A stretch of 64,000 bases of DNA. It comes from Acanthaster planci. Taxonomy: Eukaryota. The translations under genes and the position numbers were made by a program. Positions within the stretch are counted from its first letter, which is position 1. Every line of letters begins with the position of its first letter. Shown piece by piece: positions 1 through 11,270 of this stretch. Under the pieces are notes generated by a model, which had not been told where the DNA came from, did not search any database, and saw only the letters and a list, made by a program, of their open reading frames with translations. The stretch lies in the NCBI RefSeq assembly GCF_001949145.1, contig NW_019091361.1:1101452-1165451 (forward strand), written 5' to 3'.

Positions 1-173
1 CTGTTAATTCTTTTCGTGAGCACATGCGATATAACATAAATACCGTCGTGAGCAATTTTCATGGGTTTTTTATATGCACTAAAACTTTTCGTATCTCTTC
101 TGAACCCCGGGAAGTAAGTGTAAAGAAAAACACGACGAAGCGCTGGCGCGCCGTCGCTTCGCCACTCGCGCTG

Positions 174-233
174 GTCGTCGTCGTCTGCTGTCGTGGAGAT
201 TTTGTCGTCGTCGTCTGCTGTCTTGGAGATTTT
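174..233. repeat. 30-bp tandem duplication (2 copies)
   Basis: GTCGTCGTCGTCTGCTGTC(G/T)TGGAGATTTT x2. Confidence 0.85.
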
Positions 234-799
234 GCAGCTATTTCTAAACTGTTGTTAAAATCAAACTTTACCTCCGCGACTTTTCTCTTGGAGGTACTAC
301 GCAACTTCTGGTACCAAATTTGCGAAAATTGGACACAGTATTTTCAGGATTCGTGACAACAGAGGTTAATTTTCCATGTACGATATAGATCAATGTAACG
401 TTATGAATAAAAATGTGAAAATGTAACCAAATCGTATAATATCAAAATAAACAATATAAATATCTTATTCACGTAATAATCCATCCAAATCACCAGGGTA
501 CTTTCTTCTTGAGAGTTTTGCTAATATTGAAAAGGTGTATAAAATTATGTGCAGTTAACTGATTATTATGTGCATAATCAAAACACTAAACATAATGTCG
601 CTTAATTATCTAAATGCATGTTAATAAGTCACTCTATCTCCGTAAAAACAATCGTGTCAATCGAGCATTCAATCTCTGAGAATAATCTTGGGGGGACTTA
701 ATGGACCTCTCCAAGTGAACACAATGGTCGAAACTGGGCGGCCGATGTCCACAAAGCCTAGCAATAAACAACACTCGTCTCCTGAAGCTGTCAACTTCT

Positions 800-981
800 T
801 CAGTCGCGCGGGATAGCGCACACTTTGAACGGCACTGGCGAGTAAGTTATTCCAGCCCTGCCGTTCATCGCCAGTGGGGGTGTGTTGTCTTCTTTCTTGA
901 AGGTGAACTGGTGCATGAAATAGCCGAAAAAGAGGAACAACTCCATTTTCGCCAGGTGATCGCCGATGCAGACGCGACGCC
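800..981 (-). CDS. Cytochrome P450 (CYP2 clan), coding exon 3 of 3 (heme-binding Cys)
   Basis: Not in the ORF track in this frame. Acceptor TTGTCTAG| at 982. Reads (G)RRVCIGDHLAKMELFLFFGYFMHQFTF...PVPFKVCAIPRD*, completing FGIGRRVCIG (FxxGxRxCxG). Joined CDS 337+957+182=1476 nt, 491 aa, no frameshift. Confidence 0.95.
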
Positions 982-2583
982 CTAGACAATTTAGTAAAGC
1001 AGAAAGAAACTACCGTCATATACGATAAAATTAATGAAACAAGTAATGTTTCAATAAATGGAAACATGTCATGAAGTGTACTGACCGATATATAGCGGAA
1101 TGGGAATTTTCTAGAATTTTTAACAACCTTGACGGTGATTTATCACTAAAATATGCCCCATGCACGCGTACATTGGAGATCAACCCAACTGGCCGAGCAC
1201 CTCCTTTTTGTAAGTGCTGGATCCGCCATTATTGATTATACCAAGTGCCAGTGACGTAAATTCGCAGGAGAGATGTAATATTGAGTATCAAAAGGTCCCT
1301 TTATTTACGAGTGCTTTTTAATATAGGTTTTCCCAGCCAATTTCCGGAAATGTGTAAATGAATTAGTAATAGCAGCATTCGTTTTCGAGCGATTTAGAAC
1401 AACCATTCAAATCTCCGTTTCTATTTAACGAATAGGCCTACAAATTCTATTTCAATGAGGATGCATTCAGTTGGATAAAGTCAGCGTTCACTTTCTCCAT
1501 ACTGCGCTGGTTTAGTATGTTGACATTCATTTTTGCGCAAATCGAATAAACCTCTGCAATCCTGCATTCATGTTAATTTGAATTCTATTTCGGAAAATGT
1601 GCAGGCAATTTCGCGCGAAGTGTTATTTAACGTAAGCCTTGTCAAGAAATAGAATGCTGTTGTGTGCTAACAGAAGTTACATTCTAAGAAGTGTTTAGTT
1701 AATTGGTTAAATGTTCGAATATTCATGATTGAAATAAACCATGCTGTCATTGGAAATATACCGATTATTGTAGGAAACCTATAAACATCGGCTGAGGGAA
1801 CCTTCCTCCTGGTGCTGCGTTTCACTATCAAAACCTTAATTTTTTTTTAGTTCGATGACAAACACATTATAAAAAATCCCTGAAAAGTGACATGACATTT
1901 GTTACCAAAGTGGTGTCATGATTTGTGTAAAATGGTATATTCTAATCAAATTGAACGTACATTTTGCAATTGTAAATTACAGTAAATGAAAAAAAAAATC
2001 CAAAGGGTCACGGTAAAACACAGATTTTTAGAGCGAATAAGAATGCATATTTGTTGTAATTGACAACGAATACGTCAATCCGAAATCCAAATCATGTATA
2101 TATGTAACCTCTTTAATGAAACGAAATGCACATTCATTTATCTGAAGGATGGAAAACAAAGTCGAATGCTTGTTACTTCGATAATGAAACCAGGTTTAAA
2201 GTCGTTTTTAAAATCTACACCAAATTCAATTTTTATTTTACAATTTAGATCAGGCATTTTCCGAAATTGGCCGGGGAAACACATATTAAGTCGCACGACT
2301 GTCACTATGATCGCCGTCATGGAGACAGCGGCCTCATGGTCCACCTGATGTCTGCTTTGAACAGCGACCACTGAACCCTTTCGGCATAGATGCGGAGTGC
2401 TCTTTTTCACATTATTTACCCTCAATCAAAGTAACATTGCTGAGCCACTAGTTGACAAAAGTGACGTACACACATGTATATTTTCACAACCACAATGTGT
2501 ATCAGGTAAAGTTCACATACTGAAATTAAATCCTTTAAACTTGAGATTTTGTCACCGCATGCATACAAAAATGTTGCCCTCAC

Positions 2584-3540
2584 CAATGCCGAATGGTATA
2601 AACTCCTCTGGCCTTTTTGGCTTGCCATTATCGTCCAAAAATCTCTGTGGGTTGAACTCCTGCGGTTCTGGCCAAATATTAGGATCATGAAAAGCTGCCC
2701 ATAAGTTGCTGATAATGAATGCCCCCTTTGGGATCAGGAAGCCGCGAAAATGGGTATCCAAAGCAGCAGCGTGTGGCACTCCTAAGGGTAAGATGTTAGA
2801 TACGCGTTGGACCTCCCAGATAACTGCTTGTTTGAAACTAAGTCCCGACTTGTCTGCCATGCAGGGTAGGCGGTTGCGACCGACCACTGTATCGATCTCA
2901 GCCTGAACTCGCTGCTGGATCTTGGGGTAAACAACCATGTAGAGAAGAGCCCACTGCAGCGTGGTGGACGTAGTCTCAGAACCAGCCGCAAACAGATTCG
3001 AAATGGTGCCGACGATGTTGCGTCCCCGGAGCTGCGGGCAATCATCGGCCAGCGAAAGTCTTGCTGGATTTGTTCCAAGATACGCATCGGTGAACTTGCT
3101 GGAGCCGTCACCGTGTGCAGTGTCATTGGAGTTGATTATGTTCTCCAAGAAGTTCAGAATTTCCTCCGAGTTGGACAGGACCTCGTCCACTGCTAAGAAG
3201 GGAAGATGACGCAGACCGGGAAAGAAATTGACGGCTCCTCCGGCTCCAAGCAGCTCAACGTTCCGGCCGAGCAATCCCTGCAGCCGCGTAAACTCCCGAT
3301 CGCTGTACTCGTATCGTTTGCCGAAAATGACGGAGCAAATAACGTTGGCGACCGCATTGCCCAACTTGGGCTTAGGGTCAAAGGGTACTCCTTCGAATGC
3401 GCCATACTCTCGGATAAGCTGCTCAGCTTCTCTACGTATCTTATCCTCGAAACTGGAAGTGCCGGTTCCGAAGCTCCTTAGTACGGTCGAACAGAACCGA
3501 CGAAGCTTGATCCAAGGTCTACCCGATGTCCAGGCAATAC
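2584..3540 (-). CDS. Cytochrome P450 (CYP2 clan), coding exon 2 of 3
   Basis: Acceptor TTTTAAAG| at 3541. In frame with ORF 2552..3364. Contains C-helix WIKLRR (WxxxR), I-helix AAGSETTSTTL, K-helix EVQR (ExxR), PQRF (PERF) and the start of the heme loop PFGIG. Donor ATTG|GTGAGG at 2584/2583, phase 1. Confidence 0.95.
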
Positions 3541-3930
3541 CTTTAAAAGCACAGTCGGATGATTTGAAAACAAGGAATCGAAAATTAACGACGAACTGTG
3601 AAAATTGGAGTCACTTTATGTAAACATTTTAGGCATTTAATTTGAAATAATTAGGGTATTCTAAAACGAATACTCTGTAATTTTTTTTTTCTTTAAAGCT
3701 GTTCAGCAGGAGTGGTTTTCTCAACACTTGAACACCCATTAACTGTTCACAATGGTCGCTCCTTAAAAGATACGGTTACGATCTAGATACGGGCTCTTTA
3801 AGGTTCTTTGGCTTAGTATGTACACGATTATGTCATGATATCTGATTATTTTTACCAAGCTAATTAGGGCGACGGCCATTTGGAAAGGACATTCTATTAA
3901 TTAAACAATATAATGGAAATGTATCCTTAC

Positions 3931-4267
3931 CATTAATTTTCAACACCTCGGTCCCCAGTGTTTTTGGCCTGTCATTCAAATGAGGATTTTGAAATGCCTC
4001 TTTTATGGCGGCAAAATCGTTCAGAACAACCAGTGTCTTGTTGAGAATTCGGAGGTGAAACACAGGCCCATACGTAGCAGCGTATTTCCGGAAAATTTGG
4101 TGTGGCCCCAGGCCGCCTCGAAGCCCCCAGAGAAGAGACGGAATGGAGCCGACAAATGGGAAGCCCCAGGGGCCTGGTGGAAGCTTGTTCCGCCGACTAA
4201 CAAGCCAGCGAATAACCAGTAGTAGAGAACACATCAGCAGAATGACACGGGTATCCAGAAACCACAT
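3931..4267 (-). CDS. Cytochrome P450 (CYP2 clan, CYP2U1/2J-like), coding exon 1 of 3
   Basis: ATG at 4267 gives a hydrophobic anchor (MWFLDTRVILLMCSLLLVIRWLV), a basic stretch and the proline hinge LPPGPWGFPFVG. It continues to YGPVF...AAIKEAF...NDRP. Donor AATG|GTAAGG at 3931/3930, phase 1. Confidence 0.93.
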
Positions 4268-7200
4268 GTTGGCAAGGAAGACAAAATCGACCACTGTTGT
4301 TTCAAACAGGTTATTTATGTGATCCCGAGGTAGCTTTGGAGGATGCTACAGGAGTGTAGAAGAACGTTTAAAACAGCCGTACCAGTTGAGGACGTGGACT
4401 TTAATTGAAGCACAAGAGATCGACTTGTGAATACCTGGTGACTGCAATCACGCTTCACAAGCACCTAACCGAAAGCTCGTTACAGGAAAAAAATCCTTGG
4501 TGGGTAAAATGAAGTTGGCGGCCGCCAAGGACTGTTTTTATTACAACGGTGTTTACGTTGACGTTTCTAGGATGACTGTCCTTGTTTGGAGCATGTACCG
4601 ACCCTGGATTGCTATCCCGCAATATTATGCAGGAGCCCAGGGCCAAAAGGTTGGGAATTTCATGCATCCTTCAGGGGAGTAGCCAAGGCATTTTTTCGGG
4701 GGGGGGGTGCCAGAGTCAATTTGACCACTGATAAATTGTTTGCCAAACATCAAGTCATCTAAAATTTATAAAGTGCGGAAAATGGAATTCGTGGAACGCT
4801 TCATTTTATGCTTTCAGGGGGAAATGCCGACGGCCAACGCATATTGTTTATGTACCAATTGGATTTATTCGCCGACCGAAGCTTAGACTTGATTCAAGTC
4901 GGGATCTTCTGTGACGTTGTTTGCGTTTATGCTTTGGATATGGAGGCCGCGCACCGTTATTTGATTTACGCCCTCTTGTGTCAATTTATAACATGTACTG
5001 TGAGTTCAGAAATCCCGACTTGACTAATCTGTCAGCCGTTTATACACACAGGCGAATCAGCTTATCTATCAAAACAGGTAGCAGCCAATCAAACTGCCAT
5101 ACCGTTAATTGTTTTTACATCGTTCATACCTCTTGCATAATGAACGAGTCTACAAGTCTGACAACTTTGATTGGGAGTAGAAGTTCCGTATTCCTCACAC
5201 ACACCCAAGTAGCGTATACCTACGCCCCTGCATCCTTTCTGAGGGTTTAGGACTACAGTGGGGCTTTTTAACTCGCTTGGAAAGATAACAAATAAAAAAA
5301 AATTTCTCAATATTCAAGAACGCCCTAAGCTAATTAGCCCGATCAGTCTGTATCTTCTTATCAGTCATCCGAACGACTATTGGTACTTCATTTCATTTTT
5401 CCAAAACCCAATTCGTGGGCTCGACCCTACCTCCATGGCCGTGACTAAGGTACTGTATTTCAGCAGTTGCTTCTATCAGTTGGTGCAATCGGTGGATACA
5501 CCTCTTGCTGGTTCTAAATCTCAGTAGGCTAATACATTATGAACTGGGGGTAACGACTGAAATGCGGCCAGTAGTGTACGTCTGTCTTTCCGCCCCAGGG
5601 GACCGTGAGTGGTCAGAAGTAGGTTCTATTTTCCTTGGCCTTCGGCCTCTGGAATGACTCTTCTGGTCACGCACAAATCGCGTCATCGTCAACTAGCCGC
5701 GCCGCTTGTCAAAACAATCACGTGGGCATAATTTCCGAAGTATTGTTCCCGACATCGGACACTAAACTCACAGCAATTTTTGACCGGTCACAATGCCCTC
5801 ACTTGTAAAAAACTGTGAATTTTTTGTAGTATGAAATTTCAGGACAGGGCTGTGTTGTAAACCACGTAATGGACTGGCATAATTCAGTCACATCATATAC
5901 ATCTGAGCAACTTCGGGCCTGTGAGTATGTGGAAGGGGATCCTACTCATGATTTTCCAACTTAAAAGGCCATGCAGTCATCGCCAGTCCATAATTATCTG
6001 TATAATATAGCCGGTTCAAAGTGCTATCACTGCCGAACCAGGGTGGATCGTTTTTTACGGTTCAAAAGACTGGACGTTCTTTTCAGAACATAAGTTGCTT
6101 AACACCACAAAAACACTGTCGCTTTGGGAGCTAAGTGTGTCATGCCAGTATGCAAACATACCGCTAGGTCATATTCTTTGCCGATGTCACAGAAACGCTC
6201 TCAGCAAACAAGCCTGCTAGACTTCCTGTCTGTAAACATGATCAATCACTTGGGAGTGGAAGTATGTGGTCGAGACTGGCTGAAGTCGATTTCTGAATAC
6301 GCGCATTTTACTATATATACAGTGTCGTCGATTAATTCCTGATGACAAGGTTACTATATGTATGATGAAAATTGATTCACTGCGACTGTAGAACAGGTCG
6401 TCTTTCAGCGTCTGATATAGTAAAAGCTCTGCAGCTTAAAAACCGACAGGTGTTATTTCAGTTAAAATGTTTTGGACTTGGAGTACATACCGTGTCATGC
6501 CTAGAATATAACTGTCCTCTAGAAACAAACTGGTGCCCTTTGTCAATTTCTGAAATGGTCACTTCCGCCCAGATAACAACTCGACGTGAAATAAAAATCG
6601 CCATTATAATTGGAAACGCAATAAAATTCTGTTATTAAATTTCATAACTTCATTTCTCCCCTTAAAGCTTTCTTACCCTGTCTATCGTAGGAAAATGAGG
6701 TCAAATCGACATTATGGAACTAAACTAAGATGAGGATCGATGAAATGTAGCAGTGCGGGAGGCCATCGGGGAATCTGCTGCAGAGTGTTTCAGGTTGCTC
6801 ATGTACGTGACTAAATATCTCTGAAGTAGGCCTATTCAAATTATTCCATTGTTTAATACTTCGTGCATGGATAGAAACTTATAATGTAGTCACCACATTT
6901 CTTGGTATCGGCTGGAAGGGTTCCAAAGACATACCCCTCAACTATTCAGTTTTTGCAAGCTGTTCGGTAACATTCAACCTTTTACTTTCAGTAAGTTTCC
7001 TGTGACCATGTGTTATGGTCATCCCATGCATAAAGCACGACTTCAAGTGCAATAAGAAATGAATTACATGGCAATGGGGGTCATTCTTTGCTTCGGTTTA
7101 AGGACACCCACCAGACATTCCATGGGAAATCACCAAAACGTTCACATCCCGAGGTCCAATTACAATCTCTGAACCGATCTGGTAGCGTGCGCATGCAGGC

Positions 7201-7619
7201 CTTCAATCTTCCATTCAAGATAGCCTACATTCCACTGTCGTTTCCGAGATAAACTCGAGTAGTTAAATGCAAAGGGTTCAGTTTTTATTATGCTTCGTTA
7301 TGTATTGGGGTTTCTCGAGTGTCCAGAACGGGATGAATACGATAGATGCAGATAACCCATCAGGCACCAGAAATATATTTGGACTGCGGCTAATGTACTA
7401 TGTTCAATGTATATATTTTTTGGGCGGGAGGGTTTCTTTTTTTCTCTTTAGAAATGGCTCACTGTCGAAATTTGGTCGTTGGCTCAGCATAAAGCGAGGG
7501 GTCATATCACCAGAAAAATCGCTAATTTTATGCTTGTGGTTTTGCCATGGAGGGCCAGCTGCCCGCCGGGGGGCGGCCCTCCTGCCCCCCGCTCCAGCTG
7601 GGTCTAGCAAAGCGTCAAT

Positions 7620-8430
7620 GTTGGAGTACACTATCGATCACTTCTTTTGGAGGTGCAAAAGAGAATCCATTTTTACTCCATCTTGGGTCTCCGAAATATT
7701 CCATGTCTTAAGAAAGGCACCTGGATTCACATGACAAGAGTTCTTCATCTAATGTTATGAAATGTAGGATGCCCCCCGGGCTTGTTTACGTTGGGATGCA
7801 GTGCAGTTGCGGGATCATCTTTGCTATTTTCCCTTAATTATTTGAGAGTCGGCAATAAGCATTTTCACCACCTCGTAAGGTAAGCCAAACGAAACGTCGG
7901 GTTTCTGGACGTAAACAGGTACCATGCATTTATCAATAGGCACACAGATTTGTTTCCCAATACCATTTGCAGAGATGCCTCCGCTCGCTGGAAAGAGCAA
8001 AATTAGCTCACCTTGCTGTAATATACAACCTTTTACGTGAATGAACACTGAGGTTGACGTCATATGACGGTGACGACACGTCTACAATTTACAGTTGATG
8101 AATATCTATACGTTCAATGTCGTTCCATGTTGTTTGCTGGCATAATGACATTCGTTTGAAGCAGAAACAGACGCATTACTATAGGGAGAGATTAGTCCTA
8201 GGACCCCCTATTCATTACCGCAGGGCGGGGGAAACATGACGAGCCCCCCTTCGCTTTTCTGAAAGGGGATTGAAAACGGATCACTCCCTCGAACTTGACA
8301 TAAAAGGACGCAGATCAATCCCAATCCAATCTCTGGACAGGTGGTCTCATGGGACGTCAGCGTAAAAGGATCAACGCCGACCTTTTCCGGCGGCAACATT
8401 CAACGGCTCTTCCATGCAGAAGTTGTCTGG
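7620..8430 (+). mobile_element. Heavily decayed L1/Tx1-clade LINE ORF2 (reverse transcriptase) fragment
   Basis: Colinear degenerate motifs with stops and frameshifts. IDHFF...SWV..IF...GFT*.EFF (cf. DH.FL...WV..LY...NGF.S..F); GCPPGLFTL (cf. QGCPLSPLLF); Q*A..TT (cf. QYADDTT); SGRK (cf. SGLK); PP..F*K.I...GGL (cf. post-RT PP..F....F.W...GGL). Confidence 0.45.
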
Positions 8431-9570
8431 CAATAATTGAATTTGACGCACAAAATTTGAGTTGAATTTGAATTTGAGTTTGCAAGGGAATACTTGGTTT
8501 AATGGCAGTGAATGTGGGAATTTTATACCGTGAAGGGGAGCAAATAAAAGGAGCATCATTTTCAACTCCTCATGCGCCGTACACGCGTCGGGCGTGAGGT
8601 TTTCAGCATGAATTAACCATCACGAGCGCAAGCCTTCATGTGCTGCTGATGAGGAAATGTTGACTTTGGCATGCAAAGTTTTTATCAAGGTTTTACCAAG
8701 TCAACGGGTATTGTATGAGCTTCACAAAAAAATTATTGGTGTCGAAACTATTTTTTCTAGAGGTATACAGAAAACGAAATCCCGAATACGAATAACAACT
8801 TTATTTTGCAACTTTAGTTTTGTTTCTTTCCCCATTGTCCGTTATTTTCGATTCGTTTTCCTGTGCATCTTTCTCGCTACATGTATAAAGTCATTTACTA
8901 GCATGCGTTTGTCGGCGAGCAGCTCTCAGTGCATTTGTATCATAATTATCGCCCCCTAGTGTCATGGAGTTCCAAAAGCCCCCTGTCCACAGCCAGGCAA
9001 AATTTCTTTTTAAGTCAGCCCCCTCCTCTTAGATTCACGGCCACTGTAACATATGCAATTACACAGTTGAGTATTTCTTAGCGCGTTTTGAAGACTATAA
9101 TGCCTGGCAAGAGTACACTTTGCGAACCTTTTCTGAAATTTTGTTGACTTGTAGAATTCCGGAAGTAAAGACCTGTTACCAGTTGGCCACGCTATTTGAC
9201 TTTTCACACGAAAAGTGCATTAGATTAATGGACGTATTGGCACTTTTGTTTACCTAATTGCCTTTATTATTCAGCTACTGTGGAACATTAAAAATAATTT
9301 CCTTCTCCTTGAAATTGAGGACAGCCAAGATTTTTTGTTCGGACCAAAGTACCCCAGCAAAATAGAGTAATAATCCAACACGAAACTCAACTATGAAATA
9401 GATCAGGTGCTGGCGCTATTTATCTTGCTCGTAACAACCAGATTATTTCTATGTCACAGTTTGAGTAAATTCTCCTTATATGCACATTGGCACTATCATT
9501 TCTATCGGTTACATCGCCACGGTAGGTTGGTGCTCGTGTATGTTCAAAGGGAGAAGATACAGACTAAGGC

Positions 9571-9743
9571 CGCAATAACACGGGTGATTCACAATAGTGC
9601 ACCTCCAAGAGTTTGCAACGCGTTGGCCAATCACAGTGCGCGAAATCTGTCCACCCTTTCCAAACGCGCATTGGGTCGACAGATTTCGCGCGTCGTGACT
9701 GGCCAAACTCGGAGGCGCACTTTTGTGAATCGCCCGTATTGCG
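9571..9743. mobile_element. Palindromic MITE, family A copy 1
   Basis: Imperfect fold-back GGGTGATTCACAATAGTGC...GCACTTTTGTGAATCGCCC with an internal hairpin. A close copy lies at 26859-27038. Confidence 0.8.
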
Positions 9744-10499
9744 AGACGGCATCAGCAGCAGAATCCTAAGCTGATTATAGAAGAGGTGACATGTGAAAAA
9801 TATCAAGCAAAAAACGGTATCAGGATCTATAAAGAACGTGTTACGATAGTGCTTTTGTTGTATGAAATATCAAGTGAATCGTCAAACGTTACTATTCTTT
9901 CGTGAGCCAGCATCACCCCTGACCAGCCTCAGTGGCTTTTTCTTTAGACGAAAACTATCCTAAAATGAATGAAGAAGCTTACTTCTCCACCCTCGCTTGG
10001 GTTTTTTTTGTGTGTGAGTGGAAAGGAGGAAAAACAGTTAGTAAATCGTATACGTCCGTTTGTTGGTCTGCCCATCAATCCACAAGCAACATGGAAAGTA
10101 AATTAGCGTCGCTACAAATGAATCATTTTATCAGTTTGATGTTTTCAGAGACAGTTTGCCTTTGAAAAAAGCCTATATATAAAAAAGTGGAAATCTACTT
10201 GTTTTACAATAACCGCCGTGAGCTGAAGGGGTTTGTGAAAAGAATTGCCAGTAGATTTCTTTTACTCATCGAAGTGAGGTACTTTCTCCGTTTAATATAC
10301 GCGCACGGGGTCAATATAATTGTGCACACACACAAAATAGATTCTTCCGGCGATTTCAGTTTTCTCGTTTCTCGGAGTGTCGGCGGCTGTTCTTTAATAC
10401 ATGCTTTGAGAGACATCAGGACCGTCCGTCCTCTGGCTCTTAACGAAATGATGGCGAATTGCATTTCTGTTGTTTGAAGGGTCACCGGAATAGGAAAGA

Positions 10500-11270
10500 T
10501 ACTCCCTCGAGAACGTTCCCCACGGAAAGTTCATCTCGAAGAAATGTCAAAGTCACCGTTCAGACTTGGTAACCGAATTTCTAGGCCATGGTAACTTCTC
10601 CCTAAAGACCCTAACGCATCAACTTGAAAAAACAGAAGCATTCGCATTGCCACGTTGATGACACATTGGTTCTCTGTCGACAACCGCACTAGCTGTACAT
10701 CACTGAAATGTACATGCCACGAAAGCAACCAATGGCGTGACTCCTCATTAGCATGTTGCAAAGCTGTCACGTTGTCAGCAACTGGCCATCTCCATCTACA
10801 CCCAAACGAATGCTGCCCGAGCTTAACATAGCTCCATGCGCCGTACACGCAACAGGAAATGGCTTGTCGTTTTTCCATCGATATTGGACCACGCCCATTA
10901 GTGAGGACATCATTCTGAACAGCCAATTAACGCGTCGGGTCGATCGATTTCGGATAACGAATCACTAACATCATTCACTGGGAGGCAAATCAACAGAGCA
11001 CTCCAGGTTGACCCTACAAAAGAACAGACACGACAAGGAGTTGATATCACTGAAATCCCGGAGGACAGCTGCATAAAATAGACTGGGGCACAATCGCCAA
11101 AACCTCCGTCATCCGCGGACGGGGGAGGATTGATGAAAGTTCGTTGACCTCATCACTAATCCCACCAGTGTTGTTCACACCGAGACACAGCCTCGTCACG
11201 CTCATTTGCGTCTTTACCGTCACCTTGGCAACGTCGCTGTCTTTATGGCCCCGTCTTCTAAGTTCTCGAA
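10500..11270 (+). mobile_element. Decayed Penelope-like retroelement RT fragment
   Basis: Frame-broken but colinear motifs. HVDDTLVL (cf. RYVDDTF); LN...NGLSFF (cf. LN..HP.IKFT.E.E.NG.LSFLD); INRALQV...DKELISLK (cf. L..RA..IC...E+..LK); LRLYRHLGNV (cf. L.LPY.G..S). Confidence 0.4.

Noticed and set aside
669..1067. 132-aa minus-strand ORF
   Set aside because: It overlaps P450 exon 3 in the wrong frame. The real coding frame is 981->800.
2552..3364. P450 as a truncated pseudogene lacking the heme Cys
   Set aside because: Canonical splice sites join it in frame to exon 1 and to the exon at 981-800 carrying RRVCIG.
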